From NCBI GenBank assembly GCA_964499555.1, contig CAZCLL010000005.1, positions 1,781-34,194 of the forward strand: a stretch of 32,414 nt of DNA. Reading direction: 5' to 3'. How positions within the stretch are numbered: the first letter of the stretch is position 1; every line of letters begins with the position of its first letter. The DNA is from an uncultured Fastidiosipila sp. Lineage in GTDB: Bacteria > Bacillota > Clostridia > Saccharofermentanales > Fastidiosipilaceae. The notes under the pieces are model-generated. The model saw only the letters and a program-made list of their open reading frames with translations, did not search any database and was not told where the DNA came from. Below are positions 7,190 through 15,535 of this stretch, in pieces. Made by a program: the position numbers and the translations under genes.

Positions 7190-7978
7190 TCAATCTGGGA
7201 AAAATTGCAGAAACGTGCCTCCTTTACCACCCCAACCAACGAAAATCTCTTCACATGCTAGGATACCTGCAGATCTTGACCAGGATGACTTGTTATCTTC
7301 TCTCCGGAGCATATTTTCACCTAGTGAAATGCCTGATATGAAGGATAACGAGCGGAGTGCATGACAATAAGAAGAGTCACTACCGCCAAAACCTTGCAGC
7401 AGCTCAAAAAAAGTAATCATCGAAGGTAAAACCGATTCACCACCCACGTTGTCGTGTTGATTTTCGATTAAATCCGGAATCTGACCACCCAAACAGCAAT
7501 CCCCACCACAATCATCGTGTTGATTTTCGATTAAATCCGGAATTCAACTACCCAAACAGCAATCTCCACCACAATTATCGTGTTGATTTTCGATTAAATC
7601 CGGGATCCAGCTACCCAAAAAGCAATCTCCACCATAATCATCGTGTTGATTTTCGATTGAATCCGGAATCCAACCACCCAAACAGCAATCTCCACCACAA
7701 TTATCGTGTTGATTTTCGATTAAATCCGGGATCCAGCTACCCAAAAAGCAATCTCCACCATAATCATCGTGTTGATTTTCGATTAAATCCGGAATCTAAC
7801 CACCCAAACAGCAATCCCCACCACAATCATCATGTTGATTTTCGATTAAATCCGGAATCCGATCACCCAAACAGTAATCCCCACCATAATCATCGTGTTG
7901 ATTTTCGATTAAATCTGGAATCAGGCAAATCAGTAAAGCAATCTACGCCCAATCCCCCCTCAATTCAACCAAACACCC
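7190..7978 (-). pseudogene. Interrupted ORF encoding eight 21-aa repeats (consensus WIPDLIENQHDnCGGDCCLGG) plus a unique tail of about 85 codons
   Basis: A single minus-strand frame runs from the stop of the upstream gene to TGA at 7190-7192. It is broken by TAG 7943-7945, TAG 7796-7798 and TGA 7544-7546. There is no canonical start with an SD. Codon choices (GAT, ATT, AAT, TTG, CCG, GGT) match those of local genes. Confidence 0.4.
7441..7950. repeat. Tandem array of eight 63-bp units
   Basis: Units start at 7453, 7516, 7579, 7642, 7705, 7768, 7831 and 7894, an exact 63-nt period. The last unit degenerates after about 27 nt. The core CGTGTTGATTTTCGATTAAATCCGGAAT is nearly invariant. Confidence 0.95.
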
Positions 7979-9415
7979 CTAACGAACCCAAGGAATTGAA
8001 ACCTCAACCTTACTCACCTCAGTAGCTGAAAAAACGCGATCCAGAAAAACTCTCCACCGAAAATCCGAAGGCGTCTTTTGCCAAAGCGCATAAGCCGGCA
8101 TGGCCATTAGCTCATCCGCCAACACTTTATCCAAAGCCCCTCCGAAATACGAAGCATTCGTTAGACCTAGAAAATCAGCCATCGCAACGATCTCAGCATC
8201 AGAGTAGCCAAGAGAATCCTGAAGTTCAGCCAAACTTTCCTGAGCCTTGGCCGCCTGATTACGCGCAAAATACGCCTTAGACAAAGCCGAAAAATCCAAA
8301 AGCACAGGATCCTCCTCGCCTACTGCCCTAGCCCACGAATCAACAGAAAGGATCACGGATTCATAGTGGTAACCATAGGCCGGGTCAACGGTAACTTTGC
8401 CGTACTGTACAGGATAGACACTGAATGCACCGTTACTAATATCGTACAGCGAACCGCCCTTGCTCCCACTGCTAGAACCGCCATCACCCCCACTGCCAGA
8501 ACCGCCCTCACTTTCCCCGGCAGACCCACCAGTACCAACACCACCAGCACCAGCACCACCAGAAGAACGAATATCTTGCACATGAATATGCCCGCTGAGG
8601 TTCAGACGAACCGTATCAGAAAGAAGCGCCAAGACTTCATCCGCATTATCAAGCGTATACCCTTGCGTGCGACTCGATTGCTGATTGGGGATCAGACTGT
8701 GGTGCGTAGCGCTAATGACCTTCGCCTTGTTCTTCTTCGCCAGAGCCAGACACTCCTGTATCCACGTCAAGGTCGACTCCTTCACCTCCCCGTTCGCAAA
8801 TAAATGCCCCAAAAGCTCATTAAAATCATAAATATTGGTATCGAGCATCAAGAGCCAGAGATCTTCCGCAGGTGCAGCAAGATAGCTCAAGGAAGCCGGA
8901 TCACGCGAGATCGCCTCGTCGTAGCCCAGCCCTCCATAGATCTCCGCGAAGTCTTCCGCATTCACTGACACCACGCGATACGCCCCATCCTCAGCAAATC
9001 CGGCTGCCTGTGGATTCAAGAGATCGTGGTTTCCCGGGATGACGTAGACCTTCGTGCCACTATCCGCTTCGATCGCAGATAACCTTTCGGCCAAAGCCGC
9101 ATGTCCCACCTTCTCCCCGTTATTCGTCAGATCACCCGTGAGGATTAGTACGTCCGGTTTAGCTGAAACAATTTCCGCATGAAAGGCATCCAGCAGCGCA
9201 TCAGAATACTGAATCATCTTGCCATCACCATCGAAGAGCGCCTCCTCGAGAACTGGCACGGAGGAAACCAAATCACTAGGTAAATAGTGAAGATCCGTCG
9301 CAGCAACAATCGTAAGCTCCTGTCCTTTCGCCAGCACAGTTTCCGGCAAATCTACAGAAGCACAAGAAGCCAAGAAGACACAGAGCAGCAAAAAGCAAGC
9401 AGCAAAACGTTTCAC
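7979..9415 (-). CDS. Metallophosphoesterase (calcineurin-like) lipoprotein with an internal Gly/Ser-rich linker
   Basis: Signal peptide plus lipobox (LLCVFLASC). Phosphoesterase motifs ATDLHY, GDLTNNGE, GNHD, THH and GHIH. The GTG start overlaps the tsaD stop (GTGA). Confidence 0.85.
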   Translation of the reverse strand: MKRFAACFLLLCVFLASCASVDLPETVLAKGQELTIVAATDLHYLPSDLVSSVPVLEEALFDGDGKMIQYSDALLDAFHAEIVSAKPDVLILTGDLTNNGEKVGHAALAERLSAIEADSGTKVYVIPGNHDLLNPQAAGFAEDGAYRVVSVNAEDFAEIYGGLGYDEAISRDPASLSYLAAPAEDLWLLMLDTNIYDFNELLGHLFANGEVKESTLTWIQECLALAKKNKAKVISATHHSLIPNQQSSRTQGYTLDNADEVLALLSDTVRLNLSGHIHVQDIRSSGGAGAGGVGTGGSAGESEGGSGSGGDGGSSSGSKGGSLYDISNGAFSVYPVQYGKVTVDPAYGYHYESVILSVDSWARAVGEEDPVLLDFSALSKAYFARNQAAKAQESLAELQDSLGYSDAEIVAMADFLGLTNASYFGGALDKVLADELMAMPAYALWQKTPSDFRWRVFLDRVFSATEVSKVEVSIPWVR

Positions 9416-10536
9416 GAATTTGCTTCTCCTAGCATTTCATCATCAGAGCCAGCCATCACAGAAGCATCCAACACCACAGGCGTTCCAGACACCACACCAG
9501 AGAAGTCATCGATACGCAAAGAAGGCTTCGCATCAAGGGAGAGATCCGCAGTGGGAAAGGCGGCTTTGGCCATAAAATAGCCCAAAGAAGCGATCATCGA
9601 AGCATTGTCTGTACAGAGAGATAGAGGCGGGGCGTAAAAAGAACATGCCCTCGCTTCGCAAACCTCCGAAAAGGTCCGGCGGAGCGCCGAGTTCGCCGCA
9701 ACGCCTCCAGATATCGCAATCTTCGTAAGCCCTAGACGCTCCGTCGCAGTCACTGTGTGTTCCACAAGCGTAGAGACAATCGCTTCCTGATAGGAAGCAC
9801 AGAAATCCTTTCTGGAAAAAAGTTCCCAGGTCTCCATGCCCTTCTTCTCAGCCGTCTGACTGAGTTTTTGAATGAAATTCAGAGCCGCTGTTTTCAGACC
9901 ACTAAACGAAAAATCCAGATCATTACCGGAAATCTTGCTCTTCGGAAAAATGACCGCATCCGCCTTGCCACCTTGCGCTTCCCGATCAATTTTGGGACCG
10001 CCGGGATAGCCCAACCCAATGGCGCGCGCGATTTTATCAAAGGCCTCACCCGCCGCATCATCACGCGTGCGCCCCAGGACCCGATAACGGGTGTAATCCT
10101 CCACCAACAGAATGTGGCTATGGCCGCCTGAAGCCACCAAACAGACAAAGGGCGGCTCAAGCTCCTGATGTGCCAAGAAATTTGCCGTGACGTGACCTGC
10201 GATATGGTGAACCGCATAAAGAGGCTTGCCGGAGGCGAAAGCTAAGGCTTTGGCCGCCGCTGTACCTACTAGAAGTGGCCCAATCAGCCCTGGGCCATAG
10301 GTCACAGCAATGGCATCGACCTCTTCGATACCGAGACCGGCCTGCCCCAAGGCCTCAGAAATGACCGGCGTGATGGCTTTGATGTGTTCGCGGGAGGCAA
10401 TCTCCGGCACAACTCCACCAAAATAGCTGTGAAGATCCGCTTGTGAAGCAATCACGGACGACAATTCTTCCCTGCCATCTTTGACAAGGGCGGCGGCCGT
10501 TTCGTCGCACGAACTTTCGATTCCTAGCACAATCAT
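9412..10536 (-). CDS. tsaD: tRNA N6-adenosine threonylcarbamoyltransferase
   Basis: MIVLGIESSCDETAAALV, HHIAGH and GGVAAN motifs. It has a C-terminal extension of about 35 aa relative to typical TsaD. ATGA overlap with dut. Confidence 0.95.
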   Translation of the reverse strand: MIVLGIESSCDETAAALVKDGREELSSVIASQADLHSYFGGVVPEIASREHIKAITPVISEALGQAGLGIEEVDAIAVTYGPGLIGPLLVGTAAAKALAFASGKPLYAVHHIAGHVTANFLAHQELEPPFVCLVASGGHSHILLVEDYTRYRVLGRTRDDAAGEAFDKIARAIGLGYPGGPKIDREAQGGKADAVIFPKSKISGNDLDFSFSGLKTAALNFIQKLSQTAEKKGMETWELFSRKDFCASYQEAIVSTLVEHTVTATERLGLTKIAISGGVAANSALRRTFSEVCEARACSFYAPPLSLCTDNASMIASLGYFMAKAAFPTADLSLDAKPSLRIDDFSGVVSGTPVVLDASVMAGSDDEMLGEANS

Positions 10537-11054
10537 CGCTTGTCCTCAACCCTAACCTGTACACCAGAGCTTCCGAAACCGCCGCCGCGATTTACCATAC
10601 CAGCTTCAGAAAACTCTTGCACTTCCCATGGCTCCGCCGTCGTGACCTTCGCCAAAACCATCTGCGCAATCCGGTCACCACGGCGGATCCGATACGTCCC
10701 CGCCCGATTCTCCTTCTCCGTCAAGTCCATCACTGGCCATTCAAACCCATCCGGACTCGCATTATGTACCAAAATGAGCAACTCATCCTTATACCCACTA
10801 TCAATCGTACCGGGACTATTCGGCAAACGAAGCCTCGTCTTCAACGAAAGCCCACTTCGCGGCCTAATCTGCACCTCATAGCCTTCCGGAATCTGAAGAA
10901 TTAGCCCAGTCGGCACCGCCTTCGTCTCACCCGGCGCCAGAAGCACCTCCTCAGCCGCCACCAAATCCATCCCGGCATCCCCCGGATTCGCATAAAACGG
11001 CATCACCGCCGACTCTCTCACCCGTTTAATCTCTAAGCGAACCGAACTTTGCAT
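10533..11054 (-). CDS. dut: dUTP diphosphatase
   Basis: Motifs GDAGMDL, RSGL, GTIDSGY, GDRIAQ and C-terminal RGGGFGSSG. An insertion of about 25 aa precedes the GDRIAQ motif. Confidence 0.9.
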   Translation of the reverse strand: MQSSVRLEIKRVRESAVMPFYANPGDAGMDLVAAEEVLLAPGETKAVPTGLILQIPEGYEVQIRPRSGLSLKTRLRLPNSPGTIDSGYKDELLILVHNASPDGFEWPVMDLTEKENRAGTYRIRRGDRIAQMVLAKVTTAEPWEVQEFSEAGMVNRGGGFGSSGVQVRVEDKR

Positions 11055-11159
11055 TTTCCACCTTCACTACTCACGATCTCGTTTCTCACGTCAACACAAG
11101 CGCCGACGTTCAACTATCTATTCCTCACGTCGACGTAAACGCCGCCGCATGATTTCCAC

Positions 11160-13739
11160 TCAGCCACGCCCAGTCACATACGGTCCAAGCAAGGCTTCCA
11201 TCATCTCTTCGCTTTCATCCGTGAAAACGAAAACCGGCGTCGCAGAAGCAGCACCGAACCGCCGACCACCAAACTGACCACCAAGTCGACTGCCCATCTG
11301 GCCCACCTGCCCCGCCGAAGCCCACGCCTCTGACCGCAAGGCTTCCGCCTGCCAGACTTCGAAGGCACAAGCCAACTCTCGTTGCGGCCGCAAGGGGAAG
11401 ATCCTCCCCCGCTCGTCCTCGAACGAAAACGCCGCTTCCACGCACAGTGTACAGGATTCCTTCCCTTTGCTGAAGCCCACCGGGCAGAACCTCGTAAACA
11501 TGGCTTGCGTGCGCCCGTACGCCCAGACCAGCGGCTTCATTCCCTCTTTCGAGGCCATTTCTTTGGCCAAAGCCGCCGTTTTCCACTCTTTCAACTCAGG
11601 CGAGATCAGTGCGTGCGTGTAGCCTTCCTTAGCCAAAGCCTCAGCCGTCTCCAGATTCCAAAGCTGCCCACCCTGCCAACTAAGCAAGGCAAGATCCAGA
11701 AGCCCAAGCCGCCGAACCCAGGCCGGCAAACCCGATGGTCCCTGGGCCAATGCCGCAAGCCCCAAGTCCCCAAAACGTTTCAATTTCTCTTCCAAGAAAT
11801 CGTTCACTTCCGCAATCTGCTCCGGCGGCAAAATTGCCCCTACCTTTGTTTTCTCTCCTAACGAAGCAAGAAGCGCGATAAACTCCGCCTCACTAAGTTG
11901 CACCAAATCACCAGCCGGCAACAATAGAAGCCCATCCGTCTTCCGAAGCACGGCCGGAATCGCTTGGCCAACTCGCCAAAACGGCCAAGCCATAATCAAA
12001 GAAAAATCCTTACGAACAATCGAATCTGTTGCAGCACCTACTACAGAACCAGCATCTTCATCGAAAACAGAACCAGCACCTACATCCTCAACAGCAACGG
12101 CAACAGAACCAGCACTCTTCTCGCAATCCGCCAGAAACAAAGCCAAAGCCTCGCGTCGAAACCGATTCAAATCACTAATTCGCCACGGCGGCGAGGCCAC
12201 AATCTCCACCGCTCCCGTCCGAAAAGGCGTCTGCCCCAACTTCGTCAACTGCTCTTCACAGCGCGCCGGCAAAATCGCTTGTTCCAAGACAGAAGGCGCA
12301 GGCACTAAGATCTCATCCGAATACTCCCGCGCAAGCCCATCCGCCGAAAAACGCAAATAGAAATGCTCTCCTTCACGACGAAGCCGGATCGCCAATGAAG
12401 AACGAGTATCCTTCGGAACTGGCAACTCGCGAAGCGTAGGCTGCCCCATCTGCCAAACCTGGATTGGCAAACGGAGCTTCCGCAAAACCTTCGGATGAAA
12501 ACCCTTGAGAGAAATGATGCGGGGGTCTTTGGCCTGCTCAATCGAACCACAAGGCGCCGTCGCAAGATCCTCACCTTCCACCGTCCGAAGTGTAATCTGA
12601 CTCCCTTCCAAAGGAAGATACGACGAAGGCAAATCGCCAGAACGGAAAAGGTGAACCACCCCTTGGTCCGCAAGGACATCCGAAACATCCCCTAGAAACA
12701 GGCCCTGATGCGACGTCACATCCCCGGACAAAAAGCTTTTATCACGCTTCCCTTCCCAGAAATGCCGCGTAAAATCCCCGCCGCGATTAAAGGCCAGCAG
12801 GAGATCCCGCTCTCGCTCACTAGCCCGCGCTTGTTCTCGCTCCTCCGTCCCAGCAACCGAAACTCCAGACATTCCAGCAGCCCCCGGAGACGCAGCCTCC
12901 TCAGCAACAGCAGCACCAGCCACCCCCGCCAGATAGTCATCCATCGCCTTGCGGTAGGTTCCTGTCACTTGCGCCGTATAAGCCGCACTGCGGAGGCGCC
13001 CCTCAATCTTGAACGAATCCGCCCCCGTCGCCAGCAGCCGATCAAAAATCGCAAACGCCCCCAGATCCTTCGGCGAGAGCCAGGCGCCCTCCTTGCGAAA
13101 AACCGCACCATTCCGCAAGATCTTATACGTCTTCCGACAACTCTGGGCACAATCCCCCCGATTCGCCGAGCGACCACCCATAAAATGGCTCATATGACAC
13201 TGCCCTGACACGCTCATGCAGAGGGCTCCGTGAATAAAAATCTCCGTCTCCACCGACAAGCTGTGCGCATAAGAAGTTAACGCAGCAATCTCATCGACCG
13301 ACAATTCCCGCGGCAAAACCACCCGTCGACAACCCAGCGCTCGATACGCCGCAATCGCTTCTTTCGTCCCCGCCGTACACTGCGTGCTCGCGTGAAGCAC
13401 CAAGTCCGGCAGCTCCCGATGCAAGACCCGCATCAAGCCTCGATCCTGGACAATACAGGCATCAATCCCTTGCTCAAACGCGAAACGGGCCAGCGCCAGC
13501 GCCTCAGCCAGTTCCTCATCATAGAGCAAGATATTCAAGGTCAAGTAGACCTTGACCTTCTTCTCGTGCGCCAAGCGGATCAAGTCCGCCAAATCCTCTT
13601 CCGAGAACTGCGCTTTGTCTCCCCGGGCGTTCAGTCGGCCAGACCCCAGGTAGATCGCATCCGCTCCATTGGCCAAAGCCGCCAGGAAACTCTCGCGACT
13701 TCCCGCCGGTGAGAGGAGTTCAGGAGCTACAGTCATCAT
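11160..13739 (-). CDS. Peptidase U32-family protein, long form (859 aa) with extended C-terminal region
   Basis: N-terminus ELLSPAGS...ANGADAIYLG and the Cys-rich segment IHGALCMSVSGQCHMS are typical of the U32 family. The C-terminal half carries Ala/Gly/Ser-rich low-complexity inserts. Confidence 0.88.
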   Translation of the reverse strand: MMTVAPELLSPAGSRESFLAALANGADAIYLGSGRLNARGDKAQFSEEDLADLIRLAHEKKVKVYLTLNILLYDEELAEALALARFAFEQGIDACIVQDRGLMRVLHRELPDLVLHASTQCTAGTKEAIAAYRALGCRRVVLPRELSVDEIAALTSYAHSLSVETEIFIHGALCMSVSGQCHMSHFMGGRSANRGDCAQSCRKTYKILRNGAVFRKEGAWLSPKDLGAFAIFDRLLATGADSFKIEGRLRSAAYTAQVTGTYRKAMDDYLAGVAGAAVAEEAASPGAAGMSGVSVAGTEEREQARASERERDLLLAFNRGGDFTRHFWEGKRDKSFLSGDVTSHQGLFLGDVSDVLADQGVVHLFRSGDLPSSYLPLEGSQITLRTVEGEDLATAPCGSIEQAKDPRIISLKGFHPKVLRKLRLPIQVWQMGQPTLRELPVPKDTRSSLAIRLRREGEHFYLRFSADGLAREYSDEILVPAPSVLEQAILPARCEEQLTKLGQTPFRTGAVEIVASPPWRISDLNRFRREALALFLADCEKSAGSVAVAVEDVGAGSVFDEDAGSVVGAATDSIVRKDFSLIMAWPFWRVGQAIPAVLRKTDGLLLLPAGDLVQLSEAEFIALLASLGEKTKVGAILPPEQIAEVNDFLEEKLKRFGDLGLAALAQGPSGLPAWVRRLGLLDLALLSWQGGQLWNLETAEALAKEGYTHALISPELKEWKTAALAKEMASKEGMKPLVWAYGRTQAMFTRFCPVGFSKGKESCTLCVEAAFSFEDERGRIFPLRPQRELACAFEVWQAEALRSEAWASAGQVGQMGSRLGGQFGGRRFGAASATPVFVFTDESEEMMEALLGPYVTGRG

Positions 13740-13754
13740 CGTTTTACTTTCTCT

Positions 13755-15488
13755 CTAATACACATGATCCCGCAAAAGTTCCAGCTGATCCCAGAACTGG
13801 GCTGGCAAATCGCGAAAGGCTCGGAAATACGCTTCAATATCCTGACACTCCAGCTGCCACGTCTCTTTATCTACAGACAGAAGCTCATTCATCAGGTCCG
13901 CCTGCGTCAAAGAAAGCCCTTCCAAATTCACATCCCCAGCTTGCGGAAGCAAACCAATCGCACTCTGGCTCGCCGGAAAATCATTCTTCGTCCGGCCAAT
14001 AATCCATTCCAGGACCCGGAAATTCTCGCTGTAACCCGGCCAGACATAATTTCCTGAATCATCCTTGCGGAACCAATTCACCCGGAAAATACTAGGCGGC
14101 GACGTCAAAGTAGACCCAACCGAAAGCCAATTTTTCAAATACGAACCGAGGTTCGTCCCCAAAAAAGGCAAGATTCCCATCGGATTTCTTTCCAAATACT
14201 GCTCACGCTCCGCAGAAAGCGTAGCCCCCAGAAAAACACCATGCTCCCAGTTATACGACTCAACGACCAGAGGCTCCGTCGAAGACGAACGTCCCCCAAA
14301 AATGATCGCAGAAATCGGCACACCCGCTGGGTCCTCCCAATGAGGTGAGATCGAAGCCAAACGACTGGCGCGAGCCGTAAAACGACTATTCGGATGCGAA
14401 GCCTTCGTAGGGCTTTCCACCGTCCAGGGAAGCCCCTGCCAGTTCACCAGATCCGCAGGTGGCACCGTGCCCTTCCCCTCCCACCAGGGGATCCCGGCAG
14501 GCGAAACGCCAACATTCGTCAAAATCGCATCTTGCCCGGTCATCTTCAAGCCGTTCGGGTTGGACTTTTCACTCAAGCCCGGGAGCACGGAGAAGAAACC
14601 AGCCTCTGGATTAATCGCCCAGAGTCTACCGTCTGGCCCCGGCCGAAGCCACGCAATATCGTCACCAACGGTATAGCATTTATAGCCTTTCGCATACGCC
14701 GGCGGCGTCAAAAAAGCCAAGTTCGACTTCCCGCAAGACGTCGGAAATCCGCCGGCAATATAGTGCACTTCCCCTTCCGGACTCTCAATCGCCACGATCA
14801 TCATGTGCTCTGCGAGCCAGCCCTCACGCACGGCAGCCGCTGAACCAAGTAACATCCCAAGGCTCGCCTTCGCATGGAAGGAATAACCACCATACTCCGT
14901 ATTCAAGGAATAAATCCGCTGTTCCTCTGGGAAATGCGCCACATAACGGTGGGCCATCTCCCGGTTCAGCGCAAGATGCACGCCCTTCGTAAAATGATCG
15001 CCATCGCCGATTTCCTGCCAAGCCTGATCCCCCATGCGGGTCAAAATCCGCATGTTCATCACTACATAAATCGAATCTGTAATTTCAATCGCAGTCTTCG
15101 CAAATGGCGAACCGATCGGCCCCATCACATAGGGAATCACGTACATCACTTTGCCTTGCAAAGAATTCTCCATGATTTTCTGCAAACGCTCCATCATCTC
15201 ATCCGGATGAAGCCAAAGTCTCGTATCTGAGGCATCCTCTTGATTCCTCGTACAAACATACATGCATTCCGTATGCGTTTCACTATCATCGGTGTCCGTG
15301 TGATAGGCGTAACAGCCCGGCCAATTCTCTGGATCCAGTGCCCGAAGCCCCGTATTCTGTGCAATCGCAAGCCCCGCTAAGCGCTCGTATTCCTCCTCGG
15401 AACCGTCACACCAGTAGATGGAATCAGGCTTGGTGATTTGGGCAATTTCCTCAACCCACTTGCGAACGTATTCATTATTAATTGTCAT
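13755..15488 (-). CDS. pckG: Phosphoenolpyruvate carboxykinase (GTP)
   Basis: P-loop-like FPTSCGKSN, GDDIAWL, and VNWFRKDDSGNYVWPGYSENFRVLEWI match GTP-dependent PEPCK. Ends in TAG. Confidence 0.92.
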   Translation of the reverse strand: MTINNEYVRKWVEEIAQITKPDSIYWCDGSEEEYERLAGLAIAQNTGLRALDPENWPGCYAYHTDTDDSETHTECMYVCTRNQEDASDTRLWLHPDEMMERLQKIMENSLQGKVMYVIPYVMGPIGSPFAKTAIEITDSIYVVMNMRILTRMGDQAWQEIGDGDHFTKGVHLALNREMAHRYVAHFPEEQRIYSLNTEYGGYSFHAKASLGMLLGSAAAVREGWLAEHMMIVAIESPEGEVHYIAGGFPTSCGKSNLAFLTPPAYAKGYKCYTVGDDIAWLRPGPDGRLWAINPEAGFFSVLPGLSEKSNPNGLKMTGQDAILTNVGVSPAGIPWWEGKGTVPPADLVNWQGLPWTVESPTKASHPNSRFTARASRLASISPHWEDPAGVPISAIIFGGRSSSTEPLVVESYNWEHGVFLGATLSAEREQYLERNPMGILPFLGTNLGSYLKNWLSVGSTLTSPPSIFRVNWFRKDDSGNYVWPGYSENFRVLEWIIGRTKNDFPASQSAIGLLPQAGDVNLEGLSLTQADLMNELLSVDKETWQLECQDIEAYFRAFRDLPAQFWDQLELLRDHVY

Positions 15489-15535
15489 CTATCGTACCAA
15501 ATTTCTTATCGCCCCAAGTCAAGAATGGGGACAAA

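Noticed and set aside
7441-7950. CRISPR array (28-nt conserved 'repeat' alternating with ~35-nt 'spacers', period 63).
   Set aside because: The would-be spacers are about 85-100% identical to each other, and two are identical. The whole 63-mer is therefore the repeat unit. No cas genes or leader are present. A CRISPR finder may still flag this region.
7190-7978. Multi-core RiPP precursor (repeated Cys-rich cores) matured by the radical SAM enzymes in the window.
   Set aside because: The radical SAM genes lie 9-13 kb away, inside conserved housekeeping-type units. No protease, transporter or modification gene flanks the repeats. The frame carries nonsense codons.
7544-7981. Stop-codon reassignment (TAG or TGA read as an amino acid) to explain the in-frame stops in the repeat ORF.
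   Set aside because: Well-conserved genes in the same window terminate normally on these codons: pckG on TAG; tsaD, dut and the U32 gene on TGA. A genome-wide recoding is therefore not supported, although local read-through cannot be excluded from sequence alone.
7657-8025. Plus-strand 122-aa His/Asn/Pro-rich ORF (RVDFRLNPESNHPNSNPHHNH repeats). This frame is open from 7417 across all eight units.
   Set aside because: It has no ATG, only an internal TTG with no SD. It would overlap the convergent phosphoesterase gene by 47 nt. It uses codons that are uncommon in local genes (CGA, TTA, CCA, AAC). It is kept only as the alternative hypothesis to the minus-strand reading.
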